A stretch of DNA of 42,281 nt from a virus. Positions within the stretch are counted from its first letter, which is position 1; every line of letters starts with the position of its first letter. Below, piece after piece: positions 25,044 to 33,837 of the stretch. The DNA lies in the IMG/VR virus record IMGVR_UViG_3300030122_000023; one strand, given 5' to 3'. The notes under the pieces are model-generated. The model was given only the letters and a program-made list of their open reading frames with translations. It ran no database searches and was not told the DNA's origin. The position numbers were made by a program, and so were the translations under genes.

Positions 25044-26756
25044 CTACGCAAACCGGAGCTGTCCGGTCTGCTCTGCTTCCATCCTCATGTTCGGTGTTCG
25101 TTCCGCAATACACAGTTCTGGCAGATTGGCTCTAACCAATGCTGCTGGTATCGGTGGACACACTGCATTTCCGCATCTTCTGACCTGCTCACTTCTCGGA
25201 TATGTCTTTCCTGTGTAGTCATGGTCGATTATGTAATCGTCTGGGAATCCCTGGCATCCGTAAAGTTCTTTCGGCTCAAGCATCCTCAATCCTATGTCCA
25301 CAATCTGGTAATCTACACCCTCAATAGTCACAAGTCCAAATCTATCTCTGGATGTAACTGTATCAAGAGGTTCCTCAATGTCCTGTCCGGTTCCCTGCCC
25401 ATAATATTTAATTAAAAATGCTCTTACTTCTCCGAAGTGACCATCCCCAGCGGTTATTGTTGGTATAGGATCACGTAAATCTCGCCCATCACAATGGTTA
25501 TTCATCTGGATAAGATTTGCCGTAACTACACTGTTATGATCCCACGCTGTTACTGTAGGTAGCGGATTTTCTAATGTATCGCCTGCGCCTTTATATCCAC
25601 CATCGTAGTACTTTTGCAGGAATGATGCGACCAGTCCATATCTGTTTGAGCTGTCCACTGTCATGATCGGATCTTCTATAGTCTGTCCTCTTACTCCATC
25701 TTTTGAGGTTTCTGAATGGTACTGGATCAACGTAGGACTTATCAGGCAATGCTCATTTTTACTCACAATGGTTGTAAGCGGCTCCCGGACATCTTTGCTC
25801 CGGTCTTTTGTAAAACCTGTCTGTCCGATCTGCACCATATATGGCTCTACAATCCCATACCCATATTTTCCGGTTATAGTCGGCATCGGCTCTCGAATGT
25901 CGTTCGGTCTACGCTCACCACCATGATTGCACTGAATGATAAAAGGCTCTGGATTATCCAGAATGAATTTTTTAAATCCCCTTGCTATCCTATCCATCGT
26001 CTTTTGTGCCAGCGGTCTCACTGCCCGGATTCCGTATTTTTCTTTTATTTCTTCTGAAGTATCGAAGATACTCGGACATGGCAAGGAAAAATCTAACTGT
26101 GTGTATGCTCCAACATATGGTTTGAGCAATCCTTTCTTGACTTCTTCACTGTCTGCCGGTGCGTGTGTCGGCTCTGGCCAGACAATCGTCTTGCCGTCAC
26201 ACCTGGCGATCATGAAAAATCTCTTTCGCATGGTAGGTGCTCCGTAGTCAGCGGCAATCAGCTCCCGAAATTCCACTTTGTATCCCATATCAGTAAGCTG
26301 CTGCACAAATTTTTCAAAAGTCTTACCCTGCTTGCTCTTAATTGGATGATGCCGCCTGTTTAACGGTCCCCATGTCTTAAATTCCTCTACATTCTCAAGC
26401 ATGATAACCCTTGGTCTTACAAGCCCCGCCCATCTTAAGGCTACCCATGCAAGACCTCTGATATTTTTATCTTTTGGTTTTCCACCCTTTGCCTTGCTGA
26501 AATGCTTGCAATCTGGGGAAAACCAGGCAAGTCCAACCGGATGCCCATTGCAAGTCTTGACAGGATCAACCGCCCACACATTTTCGCAGTAATGCTCTGT
26601 ATTTGGGTGATTAGCTTTGTGCATCTTAATAGCTTCTGGATCATGATTGATTGCGATATCAACACTGTATCCGGTTGCCATTTCTATACCAGTGGAAGCG
26701 CCGCCCCCACCAGCAAAATTGTCAACTATCAATTCTCCATGTATCATTTTCTTCAA
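25044..26756 (-). CDS. DNA (cytosine-5)-methyltransferase with six tandem ~35-aa internal repeats
   Basis: Motif I DNFAGGGGAS, motif IV SPDCKHFS, motif VI ENV, C-terminal QGFPDDY...GNAVCPP. Repeats span residues 272-478. Confidence 0.85.
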   Translation of the reverse strand: MKKMIHGELIVDNFAGGGGASTGIEMATGYSVDIAINHDPEAIKMHKANHPNTEHYCENVWAVDPVKTCNGHPVGLAWFSPDCKHFSKAKGGKPKDKNIRGLAWVALRWAGLVRPRVIMLENVEEFKTWGPLNRRHHPIKSKQGKTFEKFVQQLTDMGYKVEFRELIAADYGAPTMRKRFFMIARCDGKTIVWPEPTHAPADSEEVKKGLLKPYVGAYTQLDFSLPCPSIFDTSEEIKEKYGIRAVRPLAQKTMDRIARGFKKFILDNPEPFIIQCNHGGERRPNDIREPMPTITGKYGYGIVEPYMVQIGQTGFTKDRSKDVREPLTTIVSKNEHCLISPTLIQYHSETSKDGVRGQTIEDPIMTVDSSNRYGLVASFLQKYYDGGYKGAGDTLENPLPTVTAWDHNSVVTANLIQMNNHCDGRDLRDPIPTITAGDGHFGEVRAFLIKYYGQGTGQDIEEPLDTVTSRDRFGLVTIEGVDYQIVDIGLRMLEPKELYGCQGFPDDYIIDHDYTGKTYPRSEQVRRCGNAVCPPIPAALVRANLPELCIAERTPNMRMEAEQTGQLRFA

Positions 26757-26802
26757 AAGGAACCCGATATATCGTTACCCCGGCCGGAGGTTCGGCTCCT
26801 TT

Positions 26803-28017
26803 CTACATAAAATCTTCTAACCTCATTTGTCCTTTACAATTACCACCAATCGTGGATGGATCCCAGCCAACTCCAATGTAGTCTAAGACTTTTGCCCATC
26901 CATAATCGTTGCCTTTTGCATCCTTACACATATGAAACATCAGATAATCCCACTCTTTTGGGTTACTCTCATATAGTAAATCGAATCGATTCGGTCGTTT
27001 CTCCATGTGGATTCCAAAACCGCACATGCTGCATCCGGTACGTTGTGCCTTAGTTGTGTAGAGCGTCCCATCTGGCTTTTTCTCAATAGTTCCATAAATC
27101 TCTGGAATGATGCTGTCAGGCATTTCAAAACTTTGAGATAATCTTCCTTCTTTCAAAAGTCTTTCATGATATTTTTCTTTCAGTCCACCTTTCCACATCT
27201 GATCCATCTCTAAGGCAAGCGCTAAAATATCCTGTCGATGGAATATAGCAAATGGTGCTGATCTGATCGTGGATGCTCCAAAATAATTGCAACCATTCAT
27301 CCGCAGGCTCTTGGCACGTCTGCCACCTTCGGATGCCATCAGTCCCAGATATGGCACACTGTTATGCTCTTTTCCCCAGTCATAACAGTTCTTTTCTTTG
27401 AGGTAATAGCAGCATTTAGCAGATACAAGGAAGTCTGGCTTCTGGAAATCACACCCTTCATTTTCGTTTTCATATCCACCGAACAGCTTTAACCATCTCT
27501 GTTTTAGCTGCATTTTAGAGTTTTTCTGCCATCCGCCATATTCTCCTGTTTCTCCGGTTATAATCGCATGACGGACTGTCTTATTCTTCTCGCTCGGATT
27601 TTGCAAAAGTTCTATCTTCCCGGCAATCTCTTTTGAAATGACTGGAAAGCCAAACTCCTGTATAACTCTTGCTTTTGTCCAATAAGTACCATCCTCTCTT
27701 TTCAGCGGCGGCACATTGATGATTCCCAGTGCTTTATGTACTCTCTGAATACTCTTATCTTCCAGTGTAGATGCACTGACTCCTGGTGCATCAATTCCGC
27801 ATACCTCATGTAAAAACAGGTATAAGATTATACTGTCAAGTCCACCGACCGAAACATGGTAGTTGAGCAATCTTCCATCACATTCATTTGCGAACTCTTC
27901 TGCTCTGATCTGTGCATATTTTCTTTTATATTCATATGGCTGCTTTTCTTTCTGCATAAAAGATGCTATCTTCTCATATGCTCCGATCCGCTCCATTCTT
28001 TCCTGTACTGATTCCAT
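26803..28017 (-). CDS. PAPS-reductase/ATP-pyrophosphatase-family protein (DndC-like fold class)
   Basis: 404 aa with a P-loop-like VSVGGLDSIILYL and C-terminal Cys motifs (GCSMCGFG). Confidence 0.6.
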   Translation of the reverse strand: MESVQERMERIGAYEKIASFMQKEKQPYEYKRKYAQIRAEEFANECDGRLLNYHVSVGGLDSIILYLFLHEVCGIDAPGVSASTLEDKSIQRVHKALGIINVPPLKREDGTYWTKARVIQEFGFPVISKEIAGKIELLQNPSEKNKTVRHAIITGETGEYGGWQKNSKMQLKQRWLKLFGGYENENEGCDFQKPDFLVSAKCCYYLKEKNCYDWGKEHNSVPYLGLMASEGGRRAKSLRMNGCNYFGASTIRSAPFAIFHRQDILALALEMDQMWKGGLKEKYHERLLKEGRLSQSFEMPDSIIPEIYGTIEKKPDGTLYTTKAQRTGCSMCGFGIHMEKRPNRFDLLYESNPKEWDYLMFHMCKDAKGNDYGWAKVLDYIGVGWDPSTIGGNCKGQMRLEDFM

Positions 28018-28076
28018 TATCTTTTGGAGTAAAGAGCTCTTTCACGCTGGCCAGCAAACCTCTCACTCCTTTCGAT

Positions 28077-28358
28077 TTAGTTTAAAATTTCATCTAAACA
28101 AGCATTCCATCCTGCTTTGTATGATGGTTCAATCCTGTCCGGCTGTGGATATTTTCCGCACACTTTCATTTTCTCTGGCAGTTCCTGAAGCGGACATTTC
28201 TCATGCCGCGTCTCCGTAAATCTGTTTTGAGACAATCTCGAAGCTCCACCATTCAGCACATTCATAAGCTGACACTTCTTAGTGCCTTGAAACTCATATA
28301 AAAATTTACATTTGCTACACGATTCTGGCATATCCATAACTAAAATTGCTTTATCCAT
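28077..28358 (-). CDS. Cys-rich hypothetical protein
   Basis: 93 aa with MPESCSKCKF...CPLQELP. Confidence 0.5.
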   Translation of the reverse strand: MDKAILVMDMPESCSKCKFLYEFQGTKKCQLMNVLNGGASRLSQNRFTETRHEKCPLQELPEKMKVCGKYPQPDRIEPSYKAGWNACLDEILN

Positions 28359-28632
28359 CTATTCCACCGCCTTTCACAATTTCGATTGCATGCTCATAAC
28401 TTCTTGCTTTCTCTTTTCCCAAATTCCTGTTGTATGCATTCTCCCAAAACTTTCTCTCATTTTCCAACTGCTCCACAACCTTGTCCGTGTCATATGCAGT
28501 CGGCTGCTGGTCAATCTTCTGTGCCAATGCATAAAACATATCCTCACTACTTGTCTGTGTAAGAAGAATATCCATAAACCATTGTTGATATAATTCTTGC
28601 TTTAATGTCTCCGCATCAATCAGTCTTCCCAT
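28351..28632 (-). CDS. Hypothetical protein (start moved to M33 of the listed ORF)
   Basis: GGAGGG lies upstream of the ATG at 28632. The longer ORF would overlap the Lar-like gene by 113 nt. Confidence 0.5.
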   Translation of the reverse strand: MGRLIDAETLKQELYQQWFMDILLTQTSSEDMFYALAQKIDQQPTAYDTDKVVEQLENERKFWENAYNRNLGKEKARSYEHAIEIVKGGGIDG

Positions 28633-28870
28633 CGTTCGCCCTCCTGTTCCAATCTGTAGTTGCTTTCGTTCGCTCGTCTTTCCCTGTTCTGATGTCTCCG
28701 TCCTGATCCATATACATCTCACATTCATAGCTTTTTGGAAGTTCTGTTCCGCATTTCATACATCTGATTTTGAACATTACCACAACAGCCGAATGTGATG
28801 ACTTATTTGTAATGTTAAAGAACATTGCGTTTCCACCGCAAAACGGACATGGCTTAAGTCTTTCACTCAT
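28616..28870 (-). CDS. Lar-family restriction-alleviation-like protein
   Basis: N-terminus LKPCPFCGG, second CxxC (CMKCG) and C-terminal WNRRA, the hallmark layout of Lar-like proteins. Confidence 0.65.
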   Translation of the reverse strand: MSERLKPCPFCGGNAMFFNITNKSSHSAVVVMFKIRCMKCGTELPKSYECEMYMDQDGDIRTGKDERTKATTDWNRRANDGKTD

Positions 28871-29265
28871 TCTTCATCACCCCAATCAATTTTTCTTAAA
28901 CAATTTGGACATCCATAAGGTTCTTCTACTTGATGCCCACAATCTGGACAATAACCAACATGTTCTTTATGTTTCTGGTATCCAAAATAACTATTCGTTA
29001 CATGCATTGGTTTCTTTGCTGTCTGCTTCTCCATCGCCGCCCGGCATTCTTCCGGCGTGCCGATTGTGCGGTACTGCTTCAGCTCTTCCAACCATTCAGC
29101 AAGTTGCTCATGTTCGCTTGCACATATAGTATTGCCATATGTAATGGCTTCTTTATCAACCGATTCTGGAATATACGCATTATCTTCGATTAGTCTTGCT
29201 GACATCTTTTGGCATTCAGCTACTTCTCTTGCGTGTGATATAGCTTCATCAATTGTCATAGTCAC
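28867..29265 (-). CDS. Hypothetical protein with a C-terminal zinc ribbon
   Basis: 132 aa with CPDCG...CPNC. Confidence 0.5.
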   Translation of the reverse strand: MTMTIDEAISHAREVAECQKMSARLIEDNAYIPESVDKEAITYGNTICASEHEQLAEWLEELKQYRTIGTPEECRAAMEKQTAKKPMHVTNSYFGYQKHKEHVGYCPDCGHQVEEPYGCPNCLRKIDWGDEE

Positions 29266-29267
29266 AC

Positions 29268-29663
29268 CTACAACAATTCCGGGTTGTCAATTGCATTTCC
29301 AACCACAGAACATTCATCATCTAAAACCTCATAGCTTTCAGCAGATAATCTGTTTGTCACTTGGAAGGAAATCGTTTCATCATCCCATACGACTTTACCT
29401 ATGCAATCTGCTTCTGATTGACCGTTATCTGTGCTGTATGTGTCCCAATAAGCAACAATGTCATTCTCATAGATCAGCTTGCCATTCTTGTCCTTACGTC
29501 CGGTGCACCGGCAGACGGTGGACGGGTCTGCTTCGACCATGTTCGGGATATCATTGGTCATTCCCCATAGGATATATCTTCTCTCCCAGATACCATAGAG
29601 ATATCCCTGCACCCATTTGCCGTTATCTTTCCGCTTTCCACGGAATAAATATCTATTCTCCAT
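29268..29663 (-). CDS. yopX: YopX-family protein
   Basis: FRGKRKDNGKWVQGYL...CTGRKDKNGKLIYENDIV...VGNAIDNPELL. Confidence 0.8.
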   Translation of the reverse strand: MENRYLFRGKRKDNGKWVQGYLYGIWERRYILWGMTNDIPNMVEADPSTVCRCTGRKDKNGKLIYENDIVAYWDTYSTDNGQSEADCIGKVVWDDETISFQVTNRLSAESYEVLDDECSVVGNAIDNPELL

Positions 29664-30030
29664 CCTTTTCCTCCATTTCTTTCAGCTTGGCTTCGGCTTC
29701 CTCACGGGTAAAGAATACCGATTTATTAATTTCGCAAATGCTGCAATGTTTAGCTACGCTTTCACGTATGTAGTACGCCTTATCACTGCAATTCTCGCAA
29801 AATCCTCTAACACACATTCCAGACCGATTACTTTTGTTTTTTCCGCAACAATACTCGATGGAATACACTGGTGCATCTTCACTGATTGGCAACCGCAGAA
29901 GTAATCCCTGCTCTTCGGCATCCTCATAGTCAGCTAATTTTTCTGCGGCTGATATATAGTCATGTTGCTTTACCCATACACCAGATTCTCCATCTGGAAC
30001 ATTATCGATTCTTTCTGTTAATCTCTCCAT
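29653..30030 (-). CDS. Hypothetical Cys-rich protein (start moved to M14 of the listed ORF)
   Basis: GAGGGA lies 5 nt upstream of the ATG at 30030. Confidence 0.5.
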   Translation of the reverse strand: MERLTERIDNVPDGESGVWVKQHDYISAAEKLADYEDAEEQGLLLRLPISEDAPVYSIEYCCGKNKSNRSGMCVRGFCENCSDKAYYIRESVAKHCSICEINKSVFFTREEAEAKLKEMEEKDGE

Positions 30031-30031
30031 G

Positions 30032-30397
30032 CTATCCCTCACTTTCTGCCTTAAGCCAATCCAAAACACATGATTTGCAAGCCTCTTCAGGATGAGAACA
30101 TTCCTCTACGCCCATGTGTTCTATGCAACTTCCAAATAATACTTCTGCCAGCTCCTCGTCCGTCATGCTCCTGATCCGGTCGGCGTTGGTCTGTGGCTTT
30201 TCTGCAGGTGTGTCTTTCTCATCTGCTTCATAGCGTTCCGGCAATCCATGTTTCTCGGCATTTTCATATGTAGCAAGTTTTTCAATTGCTTTTATGGTGC
30301 TATCTATGATTCCATTTGCCATACAAGTTTTTGTGATATCGCCAAAATGCATTCTTAGCAGTTCAAGGTTCTGTATCATTTCTTCTATGCGCTCCAT
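30032..30397 (-). CDS. Hypothetical protein
   Basis: 121 aa with the NADRIRSMTDEELAEVLF...C..C pattern common in Firmicute phage early regions. Confidence 0.5.
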   Translation of the reverse strand: MERIEEMIQNLELLRMHFGDITKTCMANGIIDSTIKAIEKLATYENAEKHGLPERYEADEKDTPAEKPQTNADRIRSMTDEELAEVLFGSCIEHMGVEECSHPEEACKSCVLDWLKAESEG

Positions 30398-30933
30398 GCT
30401 ATCCCTCTCTTTCTACATTCAGCCTTGGCTCTGTCTAAAATCTGCTGAAAATACCACTCTAATTGTTCCTTGTCCCCTTCTTTTTCGATCAAAACAGCGG
30501 CATCGTTCCAAGTCGAATCCGTCAAATTGATTCCTCCGGTAATATAGATATCATCGATCCTGTAAAATTTAAAATGCGACTCTTCTACCGGATAGACATT
30601 TATACGATAAGTGCCCATGATATCTTCCATTTCTTCTAATCTTTTTTTTCTATCGATCGCCGTCTCTCCATAATATGAATTGTTATATTTTTTCATCGGC
30701 GGCATTCCTACAACCATATCTGTATTGGTATCCATTAAGGTGTTCAGAAAATTCAATACCATAGATTCTCGCGTTTTAAGCTCTCCTAAACAATTTTTAA
30801 ATTTTTTGTCAGAAAATGATAAACCATATGTAGCGATCTCTACTCTTATATCTTCTGGCGGTTTTTCTCTGAGTTTGTCATATAACACGTCATTTAAAAA
30901 ACTCATCAATTCTACTGAATTTAAAAAAATCAT
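30385..30933 (-). CDS. Single-HKD phospholipase-D-family (Nuc-like) protein
   Basis: HFKFYRIDDIYITGGIN matches HxK(x4)D...GGxN. Confidence 0.55.
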   Translation of the reverse strand: MIFLNSVELMSFLNDVLYDKLREKPPEDIRVEIATYGLSFSDKKFKNCLGELKTRESMVLNFLNTLMDTNTDMVVGMPPMKKYNNSYYGETAIDRKKRLEEMEDIMGTYRINVYPVEESHFKFYRIDDIYITGGINLTDSTWNDAAVLIEKEGDKEQLEWYFQQILDRAKAECRKRGIAWSA

Positions 30934-30937
30934 ATTT

Positions 30938-31144
30938 CTACCTCACTAAATCTATTGTTTTAACAGATATCCCTTTAAATTTCCCGGTGCGACAATACTC
31001 TGCGGTATCAAAAAAACAAATGCATCCATCGTCTTTTCCGGTATCTTCACTTCCTACAAGTGCTATGCTTACACCGTTTCTTATCAGTGTATTTTTTAAC
31101 AACATCAATGCCGCTCCTATCTCCTGCTTGGTTTCATCTGTCAT
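30938..31144 (-). CDS. Hypothetical protein
   Basis: 68-aa ORF. Confidence 0.5.
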   Translation of the reverse strand: MTDETKQEIGAALMLLKNTLIRNGVSIALVGSEDTGKDDGCICFFDTAEYCRTGKFKGISVKTIDLVR

Positions 31145-31314
31145 TTCAACTTCACCTTTCTCTTTCTGCCTTTCTTCTCAAACTTATCGCACATCCCAAC
31201 CGGGCACTCACGCCTTAATCTGGTCTGTAAATAATATCCACACATGATTTCTGTCTGACTGTGTTTATAAGAGTAAATACATTTCCGGCAGTATTTTACG
31301 CTTGTCTTGGTCAT
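31141..31314 (-). CDS. Small Cys-rich basic protein (57 aa), not in the ORF track
   Basis: Translates to MTKTSVKYCRKCIYSYKHSQTEIMCGYYLQTRLRRECPVGMCDKFEKKGRKRKVKLK. ATGA-coupled to the next gene. Confidence 0.5.
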   Translation of the reverse strand: MTKTSVKYCRKCIYSYKHSQTEIMCGYYLQTRLRRECPVGMCDKFEKKGRKRKVKLK

Positions 31315-31328
31315 CTCTCACATTGGCA

Positions 31329-31910
31329 TCACTCCGCTATATCTAAATCACATTCCTGCTTGAAATATTTCACAACATGGTCGTCGTTCATTCCCTCTAC
31401 ATAGTTCTTGGAAAAATCCAGCATCCTGTTCCACCATTCACGAATCAATTCGCCACTGAATTTGTAATTGTAATGCAGTGTATAAACTGCAATCACCAAA
31501 TAACACTCAATGCCGTCATTCATGTTCGAAATTACGGATTTAATCTGGTTCTGCTTAGGATTCTTGCCATACATATGAATCTTGGCTCTGTACGGAAAAT
31601 TCCTTGCTTCTTTCTCACAATCAAACCCAATGTTTTTTATAAATCTTTCTTCCTCTGCTCTAATGGTGGATACATTTTTTATTTTCTCGTTATTCTTCCG
31701 AAGAATTTCGTTGTAATTCTTTAGCTTCTGTTTTGAGAAATCTATGTCATAGTACAGAACATAAAAGCATGACATCTGCATTGATTTGAATGTCTGCCAA
31801 AAACAATTGTCAGATTCGCTTATATGTCTGGCTATGCGCTGCATTGTGAATTTATCCTCATAATTTTTCGGTTCAAGCTTTCTTGTCTTTTTTCTCAATG
31901 CATTGCTCAT
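31329..31910 (-). CDS. Hypothetical protein
   Basis: 193-aa ORF, 4-nt overlap with the DnaC-like gene. Confidence 0.55.
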   Translation of the reverse strand: MSNALRKKTRKLEPKNYEDKFTMQRIARHISESDNCFWQTFKSMQMSCFYVLYYDIDFSKQKLKNYNEILRKNNEKIKNVSTIRAEEERFIKNIGFDCEKEARNFPYRAKIHMYGKNPKQNQIKSVISNMNDGIECYLVIAVYTLHYNYKFSGELIREWWNRMLDFSKNYVEGMNDDHVVKYFKQECDLDIAE

Positions 31911-32740
31911 GTTTTTCCTCCTGTTATCACTTTTTCAATGATTTCCTCCTGCATCCGCTCTGCGATATGATCCCGGACTGATTCTTCCGGGAATGCGATC
32001 TGATATGTCCGCTCCTTGATCCGGTTCGTGATCCGGTCATCGTAGGATAGTTTGTCCAGCGGATCATTACTCGTGAAAATCGTTACCTTCTGGTTTATGT
32101 ACCGCTCATTGATGATCTGATACATTTTGTCATTTATCCAGTCCGCTGGTCTCTCCACTCCGAAATCATCAATTACAAGAATGTCTGTGGTGTAAAGTGC
32201 GTCTAAAAGCTGGTTCTCACTGTATTCTGTATCTCTCCGCCATGTATTCTTAATCTCTTGCAGGATGGTCAGTGACACTGCAAACTTCACTGCATAGTTT
32301 TTCATCAGCTCATTTGCAATCCCGGCAGCGATCCTCGTCTTACCGCTTCCCTTTGTCCTCGACCAGATATACAGTCCCATGCCTCTTTCCTTCTGGCTCT
32401 CAAAATCATCCAGATAGGTTTTTATGATTTTACAGGCATCTGACACCATCTTTTTACTTTCCTGCTTCCTGTACACATCCATTCGAAACGATCTCAGATC
32501 CATCCCACGGAATGCCTCCGGTATATCTGCGAATCGCAACCGCCTTGACATGACCGCTTTCTCACGGCATTTACACGGTACTGCTATTTCAACTCCGTCT
32601 TTTATTTTAAAGATCCACTCCCTGCCTTCGCAAATTGGACACACATCAGAATCCCTGGAAGTCTCCGGTGTCTCCGCGTTCCTGCATGAGTTCGTTGAGT
32701 GATTTTTCATGCGTTCCAGTATCTCTTCCAACTGATCCAT
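31907..32740 (-). CDS. DnaC/IstB-like helicase-loader ATPase
   Basis: Walker A SRTKGSGKTRIAAG, Walker B LVIDDFG, N-terminal CPICEG...PCKC. RBS AAAGGAGAG upstream. Confidence 0.8.
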   Translation of the reverse strand: MDQLEEILERMKNHSTNSCRNAETPETSRDSDVCPICEGREWIFKIKDGVEIAVPCKCREKAVMSRRLRFADIPEAFRGMDLRSFRMDVYRKQESKKMVSDACKIIKTYLDDFESQKERGMGLYIWSRTKGSGKTRIAAGIANELMKNYAVKFAVSLTILQEIKNTWRRDTEYSENQLLDALYTTDILVIDDFGVERPADWINDKMYQIINERYINQKVTIFTSNDPLDKLSYDDRITNRIKERTYQIAFPEESVRDHIAERMQEEIIEKVITGGKT

Positions 32741-33428
32741 CGTTCTCTCCTTTCAGATACTGCATAAACAAATTCTCTTTCAAGAAATTCTCTGCATTTT
32801 TAATATAGCGATCAGGTGTCCTTTTCTTTTGGCAATCAACAGCGTAATTTTGTGCAGCCACTATCAGATCATCTTCCGGTACACCAGCCAGTACCACATT
32901 GCAGTATTCTGTTTCAGCAAGACAACCAGTACACCGTTTCGGATATGCTGCGGCAAACTCTCCGAATTTTTCCAAGGGGGATATAGGGGGTGTGTTTCTT
33001 CCCTTCTTTCCTTCTTTCTTTTCTTCTATTGTTGTCGTTAGTTTGTCGTTAGTTTGTCGCTTGCTTGTCGCTTGCTTGTCGTTCTGCTTGTCTGTTGTCT
33101 GGTATAAATCGTATTTAACTACTGCAAATACGCTAAATTTGTTTGTCGTTTTGCTTGTCACTTCGCCTGTCTTTTTCAAATGCGAAATTGCTGTGCGAAT
33201 TTCACGGTCTGTAAGCCCTGTTTCGCCCGACAGTTTCCCGATGGACGAGACAAACGATCCACGTGGAATCGTTGTCCCTTTGAAATTTCCATCCTTCCAA
33301 TTGGCTTTCAGCAACATATGGATAAACAGCCGGGTTGTATTAATGTCTGTGTACCACTCCCACTCCAGAAGTCCACGGCTCAGTTTTATGTAGTTGCCAT
33401 CCACCAGATCACCCCGTTTCCAAGTCAT
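32646..33428 (-). CDS. Replication initiator / replisome organiser (winged-helix N-terminus, DnaD-like C-terminus)
   Basis: 260 aa upstream of the loader, with an iteron array embedded in its low-complexity linker. Confidence 0.65.
   Translation of the reverse strand: MTWKRGDLVDGNYIKLSRGLLEWEWYTDINTTRLFIHMLLKANWKDGNFKGTTIPRGSFVSSIGKLSGETGLTDREIRTAISHLKKTGEVTSKTTNKFSVFAVVKYDLYQTTDKQNDKQATSKRQTNDKLTTTIEEKKEGKKGRNTPPISPLEKFGEFAAAYPKRCTGCLAETEYCNVVLAGVPEDDLIVAAQNYAVDCQKKRTPDRYIKNAENFLKENLFMQYLKGENDGSVGRDTGTHEKSLNELMQERGDTGDFQGF
33027..33099. repeat. Iteron array (11-bp periodicity), candidate origin; second cluster at 33138..33171
   Basis: gttagtttgtc x2, gcttgcttgtc x2, gttctgcttgtc, tgttgtc in tandem. 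Confidence 0.8.
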
Positions 33429-33837
33429 TAAGCAAGTCTCTCAATTTCATTTTTGCCTGTTCCGGCGTAAGTTCTGTGATTGTGACCTCAATTCTCGGAT
33501 TATCCTTATCTACAGAAACATCATGATAAAAATGAGGGATGCATCTGCGGTTATCTTCTTGCAGCACCTTTGTTTTTGTGAGACTGTCCTGAATGAACTT
33601 TGTTGCGCAGGAGAGAATGTTGTCCCCATCTCTCCTGTTGTCTTTTTCAAAACAGTGGTAATAGATCAGTACCGGCTTTTCGATATGTACACCATGGAGC
33701 TGCTGTCTGATACACCACATGATGTGATTCTCATTATCATTTTTTACCTTTCCGCCCTTATATGGGTTGGTGCGATTTGCTGCGGTGTAATTGTTCAAGC
33801 CTTCCAAACGCCCCGGAACTGTAAATTTATACTCCAT
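33409..33837 (-). CDS. rusA: RusA-like Holliday junction resolvase (start at M14 of the listed ORF)
   Basis: VPGRLEGLNNYTAANRTNPYKGG...RRDGDNILSCATKFIQDSL. GGAGGA lies upstream of the ATG at 33837. Confidence 0.6.
   Translation of the reverse strand: MEYKFTVPGRLEGLNNYTAANRTNPYKGGKVKNDNENHIMWCIRQQLHGVHIEKPVLIYYHCFEKDNRRDGDNILSCATKFIQDSLTKTKVLQEDNRRCIPHFYHDVSVDKDNPRIEVTITELTPEQAKMKLRDLLNDLETG

Noticed and set aside
29057-29773. 238-aa plus-strand ORF, and similar long plus-strand ORFs (4551..4913, 17995..18423, 19320..19697, 32899..33393)
   Set aside because: These are antisense shadows of well-supported minus-strand genes. They have Cys/Ser/Leu-rich low-complexity translations, no RBS, and span gene boundaries.
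32646-32740. 95-nt overlap between the replisome-organiser and DnaC-like genes, considered as a possible frameshift or assembly error
   Set aside because: The loader has a strong RBS (AAAGGAGAG) and ATG at 32740, and the organiser frame simply runs on to its first stop. A genuine overlap is the simplest reading, and no slippery site was seen.
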